From positions 174,780,001 to 174,844,000 of the forward strand of contig NC_086097.1 of assembly GCF_963921235.1 (NCBI RefSeq): a stretch of DNA of 64,000 bases, read 5' to 3'. Source of the stretch: Mobula hypostoma. Lineage: Eukaryota. The notes beneath the pieces are model-generated. The model was not told the origin of the DNA, ran no database searches, and worked only from the letters and a program-made list of their open reading frames with translations. This document shows, in pieces, positions 12,188 through 23,569 of this stretch. Position 1 is the stretch's first letter. Each line of letters begins with the position of its first letter. Position numbers and translations under genes: made by a program.

Positions 12188-12751
12188 TCTTTTGCCGAAC
12201 CAAGTTTCCAATATCCCTTGAAAACCATGGCTCTCTCAAACTTTTAACCTTTCCTTTCAACCTAACAGGAACATAAAGATTCTGTACCCTCAAAATTTCA
12301 CCTTTAAATGACCTCCATTTTTCTATTACATCCTTCCCATAAAACAAATTGTCCCAATCCACTCCTTCTAAATCCTTTCGCATCTCCACAAAGTTAGCCT
12401 TTCTCCAATCAAACCTCTCAACCCTGGGTCAATCTATCCTTCTCCATAATTATATTGAAACTAATGGCATTGCGATCACTGGACCCGAAGTGCTCCCCAA
12501 CACTAACCTCTGTCACCTGACCTATCTCATTCCCTAACAGGAGATCCAACACTGCCCCTTCTCTAGTTGGTACCACTATGTATTGCTGCAAAAACAAACT
12601 ATCCTGCACACATTTTACAAATTCCAAACCATCCAGCCCTTTTACAGTACGGGCTTCCCAGTCTATGTGTGGAAAATTAAAATCTCCCACAATCACAACC
12701 TTGTGCTTACTACAAATATCTGCTATCTCCTTACAAATCTGCTCCTCCAAT
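12188..12751 (-). mobile_element. CR1 LINE endonuclease fragment
   Basis: VVIVGDFNFPHIDW, PTREGAVLDLLLGNE, GSSDRNAISF. Confidence 0.85.
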
Positions 12752-12942
12752 TCGACAAAATAAATATTAGAGCCCAAAATCTTGATCAGGGATATTATTC
12801 CTTGTGATAAAGGATAGCGACATTATAATGATGAGAAATGAAAAAATTTACAGAGTGTGGGCAGAAAATCAGAATCAATTGCATATAAACTCTAAAGTTT
12901 AATGAGTTTGAAAGGAATACAGTACTCAAAAGCCTCTCTCAC

Positions 12943-13076
12943 AATGTACACTAATCTAACATTGCTGACTGGATCACTGCACTGCTTTTCCCAAATTACA
13001 TTGAGTTCATTTCTTGCAGGATACAGTGTGCGGAATAAACTGCATAATACAACCTTGTTCATTATTGATGGTCTTC
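12943..13076 (-). CDS. Candidate coding exon (RPSIMNKVVLCSLFRTLYPARNELNVIWEKQCSDPVSNVRLVYI)
   Basis: Unique sequence with acceptor ...ttgttgtcag and donor gtgaga; one open frame. Phase is not directly compatible with the neighbouring candidates. Confidence 0.25.
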
Positions 13077-13359
13077 CTGACAACAAATGGGTAGCAATGT
13101 TTTACCCTAACACCACTTCATCATTACAACCCATGCAACCAGGCTATGACCAGAACATTCAAAGCTGACTGCCTACAGGTGGAATGAGACATTTCATTTC
13201 AAAATCAAGCAATAAAAAAACTCACCAGACAGATGGCTAAGATTATCATGATAACTATAGGTTACATCAGTCCTGAGATCACCTAACCCATGCGACAACG
13301 AGTAGTATTTGAAGAAGAGTACGACCAACATTGGTGCACAACTCCCTTGAGTTTACACA

Positions 13360-13520
13360 CCTGAAAGGATGTTGTCAAGTTGTCAGATGAAGCTGGGTTT
13401 GTTGAAATAGTGGAAAAGTTAACAGAATTTCATGACAGATAGCTGACAAATGCCGATCACTTACAGCTACATAGAAACACCACACCACACTGAACAACCA
13501 TTACCCATTTTCAAAGACAA
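13360..13520 (+). mobile_element. pogo/Tigger-like transposase C-terminal remnant
   Basis: DVVKLSDEAGFVEIVEKLTEFHDR*LTNADHLQL resembles the Tigger LA..GF..V...L..H..ELT..DL..L segment. Confidence 0.45.
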
Positions 13521-13529
13521 TGATGTTAG

Positions 13530-13853
13530 ACCACAAGACATACGGTAAGACATAGGAGCAGAATCAGGCCATTTGGCCCATTGAGTCTGCACTGCCTTTC
13601 GATCATGGCCGACTTAATTTCCCTCTCAACCAGATTCTTCTACCTTCTACGTGTAACATTTGACACCTTTACTTGTTGAGTATTTATCAACATCCACTTT
13701 AAATATACCCAATGACTTGGTCTCCACAGGCATCTGTGACAGTGAATTCCACAGATCCAGCACCCTCTGGCTGAAGAAATTCCTCCTCATTTCTGTACTA
13801 AAGGGTCGTCCTTCTATTCTGAGGCTGTGCCCTCTGATCTGAGGCTCTCCCAC
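13530..13853 (-). mobile_element. CR1 LINE 3' end
   Basis: RGHSLRIEGRPFSTEMRRNFFSQRVLDLWNSL plus the 3' UTR/tail. Confidence 0.85.
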
Positions 13854-15479
13854 TTTATTTAAATAAATAGTGCAGCATTAAATGTGAACACAGGATTTTT
13901 ATTGATGCACCATAGAAAGGATTCTATCCGGGTGCATTATAACTTGGCATGGCAACTACTCTGCACGTGATTGCATGTAACTGCAGAGTGGTGTAGACAT
14001 CAAGAAAACCAGCCTCTGCTCCTTGGACTCTGTCTGTACTTCTCACTGCCTCAGTAAAGCAGCCAGCATAATCAGACACCCCATCCACCCCAGACATTCT
14101 CTCTTTTCCCTTCTTTCATCTGCCAGAGAATACAAAAACCTGAAAGCAGGCCGATTTGGATTCAGGTGCAGGCTGAAATGTGGTGGCTAGGTCCAGGCCC
14201 AGAGTGAATCAAAGCGACAGGGCACGGTTCCCAGAGCAAAGAACGACCTGATGTTTGGACGATTTAAATGCCTGACCAGATTGAAAAGACAGGGCGTTGG
14301 GAACAGAGGTGAGGGTTAAGCTGGTTCTCCTAGTTGTTCCTTGATGTTTACTCAGCTCTGCACTGAACTGAGGCTGAAGCTGTGGCCTGCTCCAGGCTTT
14401 GTGTCTCTGAACACGATGTTTTACAGTCTTTTTTTAAAAAATGGGTATTTTTCGGCTTCTTTGTTTTGTGACTGCCTGCAAGGATACGAATCTCAAGGTT
14501 GTATAATGTATATATGCTTCGATAATAAACGGATTTTGAACTTTGAAATTGTCTTTGAGCCTAGTGGTACATGCTTTCAGACTGTTGTATCTTCTGCCCA
14601 GTGGGAGAGTGGAGAAGATTACAGATTGGCATGGTTGATTTTTAAGACTATTATAGTCCTACACTCTGATAGGACTACTTAATAGTATGCTAATACAGCC
14701 TCTACCTCGTTATGATCTTGACACTGGAAAACATGGATTCTTTCCCAAAACATGGATCTTTTCGGAGCCATCTCTCAGCAAAAGCTTTTATAGAGTTTTA
14801 CAGCATGGAAGCATGCCCTTTGGCCAGTCTGAACCATGCTAATCTGTATCTTCTCCCCTCTCCCATTGGGCCAAAAATATAAAAGCCTGAAAGCTTTGTT
14901 ATAAGACTATTAAATGGTTCCGTAATGTAATAAAATTGACTCTTGACCTTGCAGCCTACATTGTTACGATGTTGCACATTACTGTCTACTTGTATTGCAA
15001 TTTCGCTGCATTCTGTTATTGTTTTACCTTGTTTTAGCTCAATGCACTGTGTAATGATTTGATGTGTATGAACATTATGCAAAACAAAGCTTTTACTCCC
15101 TTAACCTAATTATGCATGGCATGATTTGTTTGGATGACATGCAAAACAAAAGCTTTTCACTGTACTCACTCCAAGGTACAGTGAAAAGCATTTACTCCTG
15201 ATGATAATAATAAACCAATACTAACGTTTTTTTTCCTCAGTAGTTACATCTTTTCAAAATAAATTCATAAGCTTTTACATTGAAGTACCACTTAAGAATT
15301 CTCATTTAAATCAACATTTTCTGAGGACGCATCCCTTTAATAAATGAAGAAATGACTGAATGGATCATTCATAGAGTCATTGATTTATACATTTGTGGAA
15401 ATGGTTTCTTTTTGTGCAGTGAATTCCTTGTAACTTGTCCAACACTGATGACATTTCAGAGCAGCAGAGCTATCCTTAC

Positions 15480-15730
15480 CTGTTTCATGGGTACTGACAA
15501 GCCCAAGCTCAAATGCTCCCTTGGTGGTGCAACATGAGTAACACAATCAAACCTGTCTTTGTTCAACAAGACAAGGAACAAAGCAGAATGAGTCGGACCT
15601 CCTGCTTCCCAAAGCCATAGTGCACATCAATTTATCAGTACATTTCCAGGTCCCTTTGGATTGTAAAATAGAGAACCAAACCTTCTCCTGTGAATAGTCT
15701 TATTTCACTGGAGGTGTTCTTTATTGATTC
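15480..15730 (-). CDS. Candidate pair of small exons (15730-15682 and 15556-15480): ESIKNTSSEIRLFTGE/DRFDCVTHVAPPREHLSLGLSVPMKQ
   Basis: Pyrimidine-rich acceptor ...ttattctag, donors gtttgg and gtaagg; phases join in frame across a 125-bp intron. No homolog recognised. Confidence 0.25.
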
Positions 15731-16957
15731 CTAGAATAATTGAATAAGAAAGCACAGGAGATAATTCATGATGGAACTCTTCTGATACTCCCTGTTTTCC
15801 TTGTAATCCCTCTTTCCCCTTGAAAAACTTAACGCTTCACTGCACATGCTTCACTTGAGACTCTTTTGCCAATTACCATAAATTTACTACTTTGCTTCTG
15901 GAAGCATTTCTTGATTAATTATACCATTAAAACTCCTGTGCAACTTACGAATTAAATCTCCTTTAGTTTCTTTTTTGTCAGCTTTTTCAATCTCCCCATG
16001 CAAAGCGAGGTTTGTCATCCATAGAACCAGTCCACATCCTCCCCAAGACCTTTAGTTCTTCCTAAAGAGCCCAAAGTTGAACTCAATCCTCAAACTGGGG
16101 TGCAGTCAACATTTGATAAAGATTTGGGCCAGTTACAAAATCCATTCCTTTTACATGACTAGGATATTCCAACTAAACATGCGATACTTCAACCAGTAAG
16201 AATGAACAACTGTGAAACCCCAAACTCCTGACTTGGAAAACCTTAAAAAAGAGGTTTTCACAGGGTCCAAATCTTTAAACTTCTTATTTGGCAGTGCCCT
16301 TGTGTGAACCATAATCTGAAGATCTGTGGCATATCAGGTGTTTAGTTTATCACTGCCTTCTCAAAGGTGATTAACTCTCCATTTGAAGTTAAGCACAGTC
16401 GTGGAGAGATAAAGCTCTGTAATAGACTTTTTCACTCTCTAAATCGCTGCCAACCATTTACTGTCTATTTTTACATTAACCCTATCCTAACCCACTCTAT
16501 TCTCCCCAATTTCACATTAACTGCCTTCACATCTACTCCCTACTGCCCATCCCTCAGATTCTACCATTCACCTACATAAAGGGGCAAGTTACAGTGGCCA
16601 ATTATCCCACTAACCCACAGGCCTTTGGGATGTCGGTGGAAACCAGAAACCTGAAGGAAATCCTCACAGTCACAGGAGAACATGCAAACTCCACTCAGAC
16701 AACACTGATAGAACCGGAGTGCCTGGAGACTGGGGCAATAGCTCCAACTCTTGGCACTGTCCTGTTATACTCAGCCGAGTCACAGGAGAATGAACAGCTC
16801 TTCCATCCTGGCAGACTGATCAAATACACAAACAGCTGGCAGGAGTATATGGCTTAGCCCCTCCTAGCAACATCTCTGAACAACCTCGGCCTCTCCAATA
16901 CAGCCTTGCAGCCCAAATCCTTCATCTTTGGAACCAGTCTTGGAAATTTTATTATAC

Positions 16958-17056
16958 CGTCATTCATCCTAAGATGGGGTGACACAATATCCCAAGGTTC
17001 TTTATGTTTTACAAAATTCTTCACTACGTTCACTCCCTCTTGACCAAATATGTTTG
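16958..17056 (-). CDS. Candidate coding exon (NIFGQEGVNVVKNFVKHKEPWDIVSPHLRMND)
   Basis: Acceptor ...ccttgcattttatag, weak donor gtataa; 99 bp frame-preserving; unique sequence. Confidence 0.25.
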
Positions 17057-17714
17057 CTATAAAATGCAAGGATTGGAACCAGCACCAGCTATCATGTGAG
17101 ATGTAGACACAGAGACTTTCTCATTCTTGGTCCTGCCACCAATGTGTGCAGATTGACCTATCAACTTTGGAGAGTTGTACGCAGTTCAGGTCACCAAAAG
17201 AAGACATGGAGGAACAGGAGAGGGTGCAGTGAAAGTTTACAAGGACGAACACCAGAAATGCAAAGACATACATATCAAGGAAAGTAAACAGACTGGGTGG
17301 CCTATTTACATTCTGAAGAAAAGGAGAGGTAGGGATGACCAAAAGTCTTTAACACTTTGGATACTGCTGTGGGGGGGAAAGACCTAGCAGAGGATAGTCA
17401 CAACATAGCAGTCAGGTCTCTGGCAATGAGTCTGCCTCTGTGACTCAGAAGGTAAGAGGGAGAAGAGACAAGCTCTGGTGTCAGGGAATTCATTAGTTAG
17501 GGGAACAGAAAGGAGGTTCTGTGGACAACAATAAGATTCCTGGATAGTACGTTGCCTCCCGGGTACCAAGGTCCAGAACACCTCCAACTGAGTACTCAGC
17601 GTTCTTAAGTGGGAGGGTGAGCAGCCAGAAGTCAAGGTCCAAGTAGGTACCAATGACAAGGATGGGAAGAGGGACGAGGTTCTGCAAAGTGAGTTCAGGA
17701 TGTTAGGTCCAATC

Positions 17715-17900
17715 ACAAGCGAAAATCTGCAGATACCGGAAATCCAAGCAACACACACAAAATATTGGAGCAACACAGCAGGCCAGGCAACATCTATGGG
17801 AAAGAGGACAGTCAACGTCTCGGCCTGGAATGTTGATTGTACTCTTTCCCATAGATACTGGCTGGCCTGCTGAGTTCCTCCAGCATTTTGTTTGTGTTGT
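17715..17900. repeat. Fold-back (inverted) pair of Penelope terminal repeats
   Basis: ~68-bp arms (17749-17817 vs 17831-17899) are imperfect reverse complements around the spacer tctcggcctggaa. Confidence 0.75.
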
Positions 17901-18322
17901 CAAGTGTTAGGTGTTAAGGACAGAACCTCCAGAGATGTGATCTCAAGACTGTGATAACAGGTGATTTTAACTTTACACATATTGGCTGGGACTCCTATAC
18001 TGTAAAAGCACAAGATGGGATAGAGTTTGTCAAATGTGCTCAGGAAAGTTTCCTTAATCAGTATGTAGAAGTCCCAATGAGAGCCTGTGCGATACTTGAA
18101 TTGCTTATAGGAAATGAGATAGGGCAAGTGCCAGAAGTTTGTGTAGGTGGACACTTTGCACGTAGCGATCATAATGCCATTAGTTTCAATGTAGATATGG
18201 AAATGGATAGGTCTGGTCCACAGGTTGAGATTTTTAGTTGGAGAAAGGTCAATTTTGATGGAACACACATAAAAGTTGCTGGTGAACGCAGCAGGCCAGG
18301 CAGCATCTCTAGGAAGAGGTGC

Positions 18323-18358
18323 AGTCGACGTTTCAGGCCGAGACCCTTCGTCAGGACT
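18323..18358 (-). ncRNA. Minimal type I hammerhead ribozyme (Penelope-associated)
   Basis: AGUC-CUGACGA-AGG(GUCUCGG)CCU-GAAA-CGUC/GACU: intact core, helix I AGUC/GACU, palindromic ACGU helix III. Confidence 0.85.
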
Positions 18359-19965
18359 GAGACAATGGCCTGGTGCTCGTTAGTGGGGTCACGATCGAGG
18401 GGTAAATAAGAGGAGGTATCCGTGAGTTGTCGCTGTGCCTCGGCAAGGTAGAGGTCAGTATGCCAGACTACAACAGCACCCCCCTTATCGGCGGGTTTAA
18501 TAATAAGGTTAGGATTAGTGCGGAGGGAGTGGAGAGCAGAGCATTCCGAAGGAGTGAGGTTGGAATGGGGACAAGGTGCGGTGAAGTTGAGACAGTTGAT
18601 GTCCCATCGGCAGTTAGCGATAAAGAGATCCAGAGCAGGCAGAAGACCAGAGCGGGGTGTCCATGAAGAAGAGGAGGGTTGAAGACGGGAGAAGGGGTCA
18701 TCGGTGGGGGTGGAAGAGTCCTTGCCGAAGAAGTAGGCTCGGAGACGGATACGGCGGAAGAAAAGTTCCGCATCATGGCGAACACGGAACTCGCTGAGGT
18801 GTGGGCGAAGGGGGACAAAGGTGAGGCCCTTACCGAGGACAGAGCGTTCTGCCTCCGACAGTTGAAGGTCAGAGGGGATGGTAAATACCTGGTATGGATG
18901 AGAGCTGGGATCAGAGAGGGGAGGGGGGAGGCTGGGGGTGTCAATGGAGAGGGGAGGGTTGGGGTGAGAGGAAGATGGAGCCTCTGAGGACCCAGGAGCT
19001 GACGATGGGATCTGAAGGAGACGGGATTGCAGAGTATTGGTGGGGGAAGGGGAGACGGGAGTCACAATAGCAGCACATAAAGACCCAGCCTGGAGTTCAA
19101 GGCTGGAATCTTGAGAGCTGGGATCAGAGGCGGGAGGGGGGAGGCTGGGGGTGTCAGTGGAGAGCGGATGGTTGGGGTGAGAGGAAGATGGAGCCTCCGA
19201 GTACCCAGGAGCTGACGGTTGGATCTGAGGGAGACGGAGTTGCAGAGTGGTGGTGGGGGAAGGGGAGACGGGAGTTACAATAGCAGCACATAAAGACCCG
19301 GCCTGGAGTTCAAGGCTGGAGTCGCAGTTGGTGGTTGTGCAATCACTTTGAATGTCTCCATGGTCGTTGCTGGAGTCCGGGTTTTGAATATGCCCTGGAG
19401 TGTTGGAGCCGGTGAGATCAATGGCAGAGGCCGCAATCTGAAGTTCATGCCTGCTAGTTTTAGTGCCAGCAGGCTCTGGAGTCCGTAGATGTAGGATCTT
19501 GCGATCTTTGCCTAACATGACAAAGTCAAAAAAATGGCGATTGCAGGCGTGAATCCGACGGAGGATGAAATAACGGGTAGGACCATTACAGACGGCGAAG
19601 AAAATGTCCCGAAGGTGTGGAAGGGTCTGGGATAGGGACACCAAGTACCTCCTCATGGCGGAGAGAGTCGCCTTCAGAGCTTGACGGGAGAAGCGGTGAG
19701 AGGCAGAGTCAATAAAATGTGAGTACCTGGGATCCTCAGAAGGTCCAAATTGAGAGGCTCGAAAACGAATCCTGAAGCCAACTGGAGTAAGTTGGCGGCG
19801 GAGGCACGTTCCAAGAAAGGATATATGGCTGTGATAGCGAGTCTGAGTCAAAGTGTGGTCGAAAAGTTGAAGAGCCGAAGAAATTACAGATGGGGAGCAG
19901 TGAGAGATGGTTTCACTGAACTCCCGTTGAAGAGAGGATCTAAACTTCTTCGGTGTAGGCATCAC
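18359..19965 (-). CDS. Penelope-like ORF N-terminal part (uninterrupted), ending shortly after the IKPADKG motif
   Basis: HISFLGTC, SVLGKGLTFVP, FFRRIRLRAYF, NLTPSE, IIKPADKGGAVVVW and YLAEAQRQL are PLE pre-RT motifs. The annotated ORF continues to 18169 only by read-through into the terminal repeat and flank. Confidence 0.85.
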
Positions 19966-21116
19966 CGGAAGAGGCTTCGCAGTAGTGAATTTAAAAACGC
20001 AAACAACAGGAATTCTGCAGATGCTGGAAATTCAAGCAACACACATAAAAGTTGCTGGTGAACGCAGCAGGCCAGGCAGCATCTCTAGGAAGAGGTGCAG
20101 TCGACGTTTCAGGCCGAGACCCTTCATCAATTTTGATGGTGTGGATTTGGACAGGTTGTTTACTGGCAAAGGTGTACTTGGTAAATGGGGAGTCTCCAAA
20201 AGTGAAATTTTGCGAGTACAAATCTTGTATGTGCCTGCCAGAATAAAAGGTAAAGATAACAGGTTTAGGGAACCTTGGTTTTCAAAAGATATTAAGGCCC
20301 TGGTTAAGCAAAAAAAAGGTTGGTGTATAGGGATACAATAGGGTCTTTTAAGAGCCTCTTAGATAGGTACATGGAGCTTTGAAAAAGAGAGGACTATGAA
20401 CTAGGGAAGTTCTAGGCAGTCTCTAGAGCAGGTTACATGGTTCAGCCAACATTGTGGGCCCAAGGGCCTGTAATGTGCTGCAAATTTCTATGTTTGATGT
20501 TCTAAAAGGTGGAGGAGAATCCCAAGGGATTCTACAGATTTATTAAGAGCATAAGAATTGCAAGGGACATAATTGGTCCTCTGGAAGATCAGAATGGTAA
20601 CCTATATTTGCAGCCAAAAGAGATGGGGAAGATCTTAAATGGATTTTTGGCAGCTGTATTTATTTGGGAGACAGACACAGAGTCTATAGAAGTGAGGCAA
20701 AGCAGCAATGAGGTTATGGACCCTACACAGATTATAGAGGAGGAGGTGTTTGGTGCCTTGACGCAAATCAGGGTGGATAAACCCCAAGGGCCTATTAAAG
20801 TGTTCCCTTGGGCCCTGTGGCAGGAAAAGGCAGAAGTTGCACAGATAGTTAAATCATCCTTAGCGACAATTGAAGTTACCAGAGGCTTGAAGGATAGCCA
20901 ATATTGTTCTGTTGTTTAAGATAGGCTCTAAAAATAAGCCAGGAAATTATGGGCCTGAAAAGCGTGACATCAGTAGTGGGAAAGTTATTGGAAGGTATTC
21001 TAACTGACCGGATATATGAATATTTGGATATACATGGACTGATTGGGGATAGTCAGCTTGGCTTCGTGCGTGGTAGGTCATATCTAACCAATTTTGTAAA
21101 TTTCTTAAGACCATAA

Positions 21117-21680
21117 CAGACATGCCACCTCTCCCGGAAGTTCCAGGAGTCTCCTGCATATTAATAGTGGCTCTCTGATGCCCGCAAATTATATGCAATA
21201 TACCAGAAATCAATCTTTTTGAGAGCGAGAGAGCGACCACAAGAGAGAGAGAGTGAGAGAGCAAGCACGAGAGCGACTACGAGAGAGAGAGAGAGCACGA
21301 GAGAGAGCGACAGCGAGAGAGCGTGCCATGGCAGAGTGTTACAAAAAAAGAAAATGTAAAACGTACGTCACCCCAGACTACTCTAAAGTGTACCCCTGCC
21401 TAATAGGGGTCAAAAATAATGACAGTGTTGCTCGCTGCACTGTTTGCAACAGTGACTTTTCTATTGCCTATGGTGGGTTAAGACTGTAAAAGACATGTTG
21501 AGGTGAGTTTAACAGGTGTCATTTGTTTATTAGCATAGCTAACGTTATTTAAACTAGCTGGCTAGCTGCTAAGGAACTACTCTATTGCAGACATCCCACC
21601 TCTCCTGGAAGTTCCAGGAGTCTCCTGCAAATTGATGGTGCTACCTCCCTGAAATGAGTTTTTGCAGGGTGGGATGTTTG
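21117..21680 (+). mobile_element. Non-autonomous hAT-type DNA transposon with 6-bp TSD (copy 2)
   Basis: TIRs cagacatgccacc / ggtgggatgtttg; CCATAA duplicated at 21111-21116 and 21681-21686; BED-like remnant ARCTVCNSDFSIAYGG followed by a gtgagt donor. Confidence 0.85.
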
Positions 21681-23530
21681 CCATAAGACCATAAGATATA
21701 GGAGCAGAAGTAGGCCATTTGCCCATGGAGTCTGCTCTGCCATTCAATCATGTGCTGATCCAACTCTTCCAGTCGTCCCCACTCCCCTGCCTTCTCCCCA
21801 TACCCTTTGATGGCCTGGCTAATCAAGAACCTATCTATCTCTGCCTTAAATGCACCTAATAACTTGGCTTCCACAGCCACTCATGGCAACAGATTTACCA
21901 CCCTCTGACTAAAGTAATTTCTCCACATCTCTGTTTTAAATGGACATCCTTCAATCTTAAGTCATGTCCTCTTGTCCTAGACTCCTCTACCATGGGAAAT
22001 AACTTTGCCATATCTAATCTGTTCAGACCTTTCTAAAATAAGGAGCCCAAAACTGCACACAATACTCCAAGTGTGGTCTCACGAGTGCCTTATAGAGCCT
22101 CAATATCACATCCCTGCTCTTGTATTCTATACCTCTAGAAATCAATGCCAACATTGTATTTGCCTTCTTCACCACCGACTCAACCTGGAGGTTAACCTTT
22201 AGGGTATCCTGCACACGGATTCCCAAATCCCTTTGCATCTCTGCATTTTGAATTCTCTCCCCATCTAAATAATAGTCTGCATGTTTATTTCTTCCACCAA
22301 AGTGCATGCTCATACACTTTCCAACATTGAATTTCATTTGCCACTTCTTTGCCCATTCCCCTCAACTATCTAAATCTCTCTGCAGGCTCTCTGTTTCCTC
22401 AACACTACCCACTCCTGCACCTATCTTTGTATCATCAGCAAATTTAGCTACAAATCCAAATCATTGACATACATCGTAAAAAGCAGCGGTCCCAAAACCA
22501 ACCCCTATGGAACTCTACTGGTAACCGGCTGTCAGCCAGAATAGGATCCCTTTATTCCCACCCTCTGTTTTCTGCCAATCAGCCAATGTTCCACCCATGC
22601 TAGTAACTCTCTTGTAATTCTATGGGCTCTTATCTTGCTAAGCAGCCTCATTTGCAGCACCTTGTCAAAGGCCTTCTGAAAATCCAAGTACACCACATCT
22701 ACTGTATCTCCTTTGTCTACCCTGCTTGTAATTTCCTCAAAGAATTGCAGTAGGTTAGTCAGGCAGGATTTTCCTTTAAGGGAACCATGCTGGCTTTGGC
22801 CTATCTTGTCATGTGCCTCCAGGTACTCCGTAATCTCATCCCTAACAATTGATTCCAATAACTTTCCAACCACTGACGTCAGGCTAACAGGTCTATAGTT
22901 TCCTTTCTGCTGCCTCCGACCCTTCTTAAATAGCGCAGTAACATTTGCAATTTTCCAGTTACCCGGTACAATGCCAGAATCTATCAATTCTTGAAATGTC
23001 ATTGTTAGTGCCTCCGCAATCTCTCCAGCTACTTCCTTCAGAACCCAAGGGTGCATTCCATCAGATCCTGGAGATTTATCCACCCTCAGACAATTAAGCT
23101 TCCTGAGCACCTTCTCAGTTGTAATTTTCATTACACATACTTCACTTCCCTGACACTCTTGAATATCCAGTATACTACAGATGTCTTCCACTGTGAAGAC
23201 CGATGCAAAATATGCATTCAGTTCCTCTGCCATCTCTGCGTCTCTCATTACAGTATCTCCAGCATCATTTTCTATTGGTCGTATATCTACCCTCAAATCT
23301 CTTTTCCCCTTTATGTACTTAAAAAAGCTTTTAGTATCTCTTCTTTGATATTAGTCATCAGCTTCCTTTCATAATTCATCTTTTCCTTCCTAATGACCTT
23401 CATAGTTTCCTTCTGCAAGTTTTTAAAAAGATTCCCAATCCTCTATCTCCCCACTAGCTTTGCCTCCCTTGTATGCCCTCTCTTTTGCTTTTACTTTGTC
23501 GCTGACAAGTGAAATCAGAAAAGTAAAAGC
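21681..23530 (-). mobile_element. CR1 LINE ORF2 (RT) and 3' end
   Basis: KSPGSDGMHP, NYRPVSLTSVVGKLLE, DFQKAFDKV, LYKALVRPHLEYCVQFW; (ccataaga)n tail. Confidence 0.9.
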
Positions 23531-23569
23531 AAAAGAGAGAGCATACAAGGAAGGTACCAAGAAAGCTGA

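Larger units (their letters stand above)
18262..20126 (-). mobile_element. Young Penelope-like element, internally deleted (no RT or GIY-YIG), with 88-bp direct terminal repeats and TSD
   Basis: Identical 88-bp repeats at 18262-18349 and 20038-20125; TCAATTTTGATGG duplicated at 18249-18261 and 20127-20139. Confidence 0.9.
17336..21106 (+). mobile_element. Decayed CR1 LINE (ORF1 esterase remnant, EN, RT start) hosting nested Penelope insertions
   Basis: ORF1-like GNSLVRGTERRFCG; ITGDFNFTHIGW; EENPKGFYRFIKS; interrupted at 17715-17900, 18262-20126 and ~20330-20505. Confidence 0.8.

Noticed and set aside
15940..16420. Coding-looking unique stretch (possible pseudogene or viral remnant)
   Set aside because: Stops in every frame examined and no recognisable motif.
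18169..19965. 598-aa ORF as a novel host gene
   Set aside because: It carries Penelope pre-RT motifs, lies between terminal repeats and a TSD, and its C-terminal ~60 aa are read-through into repeat and flank.
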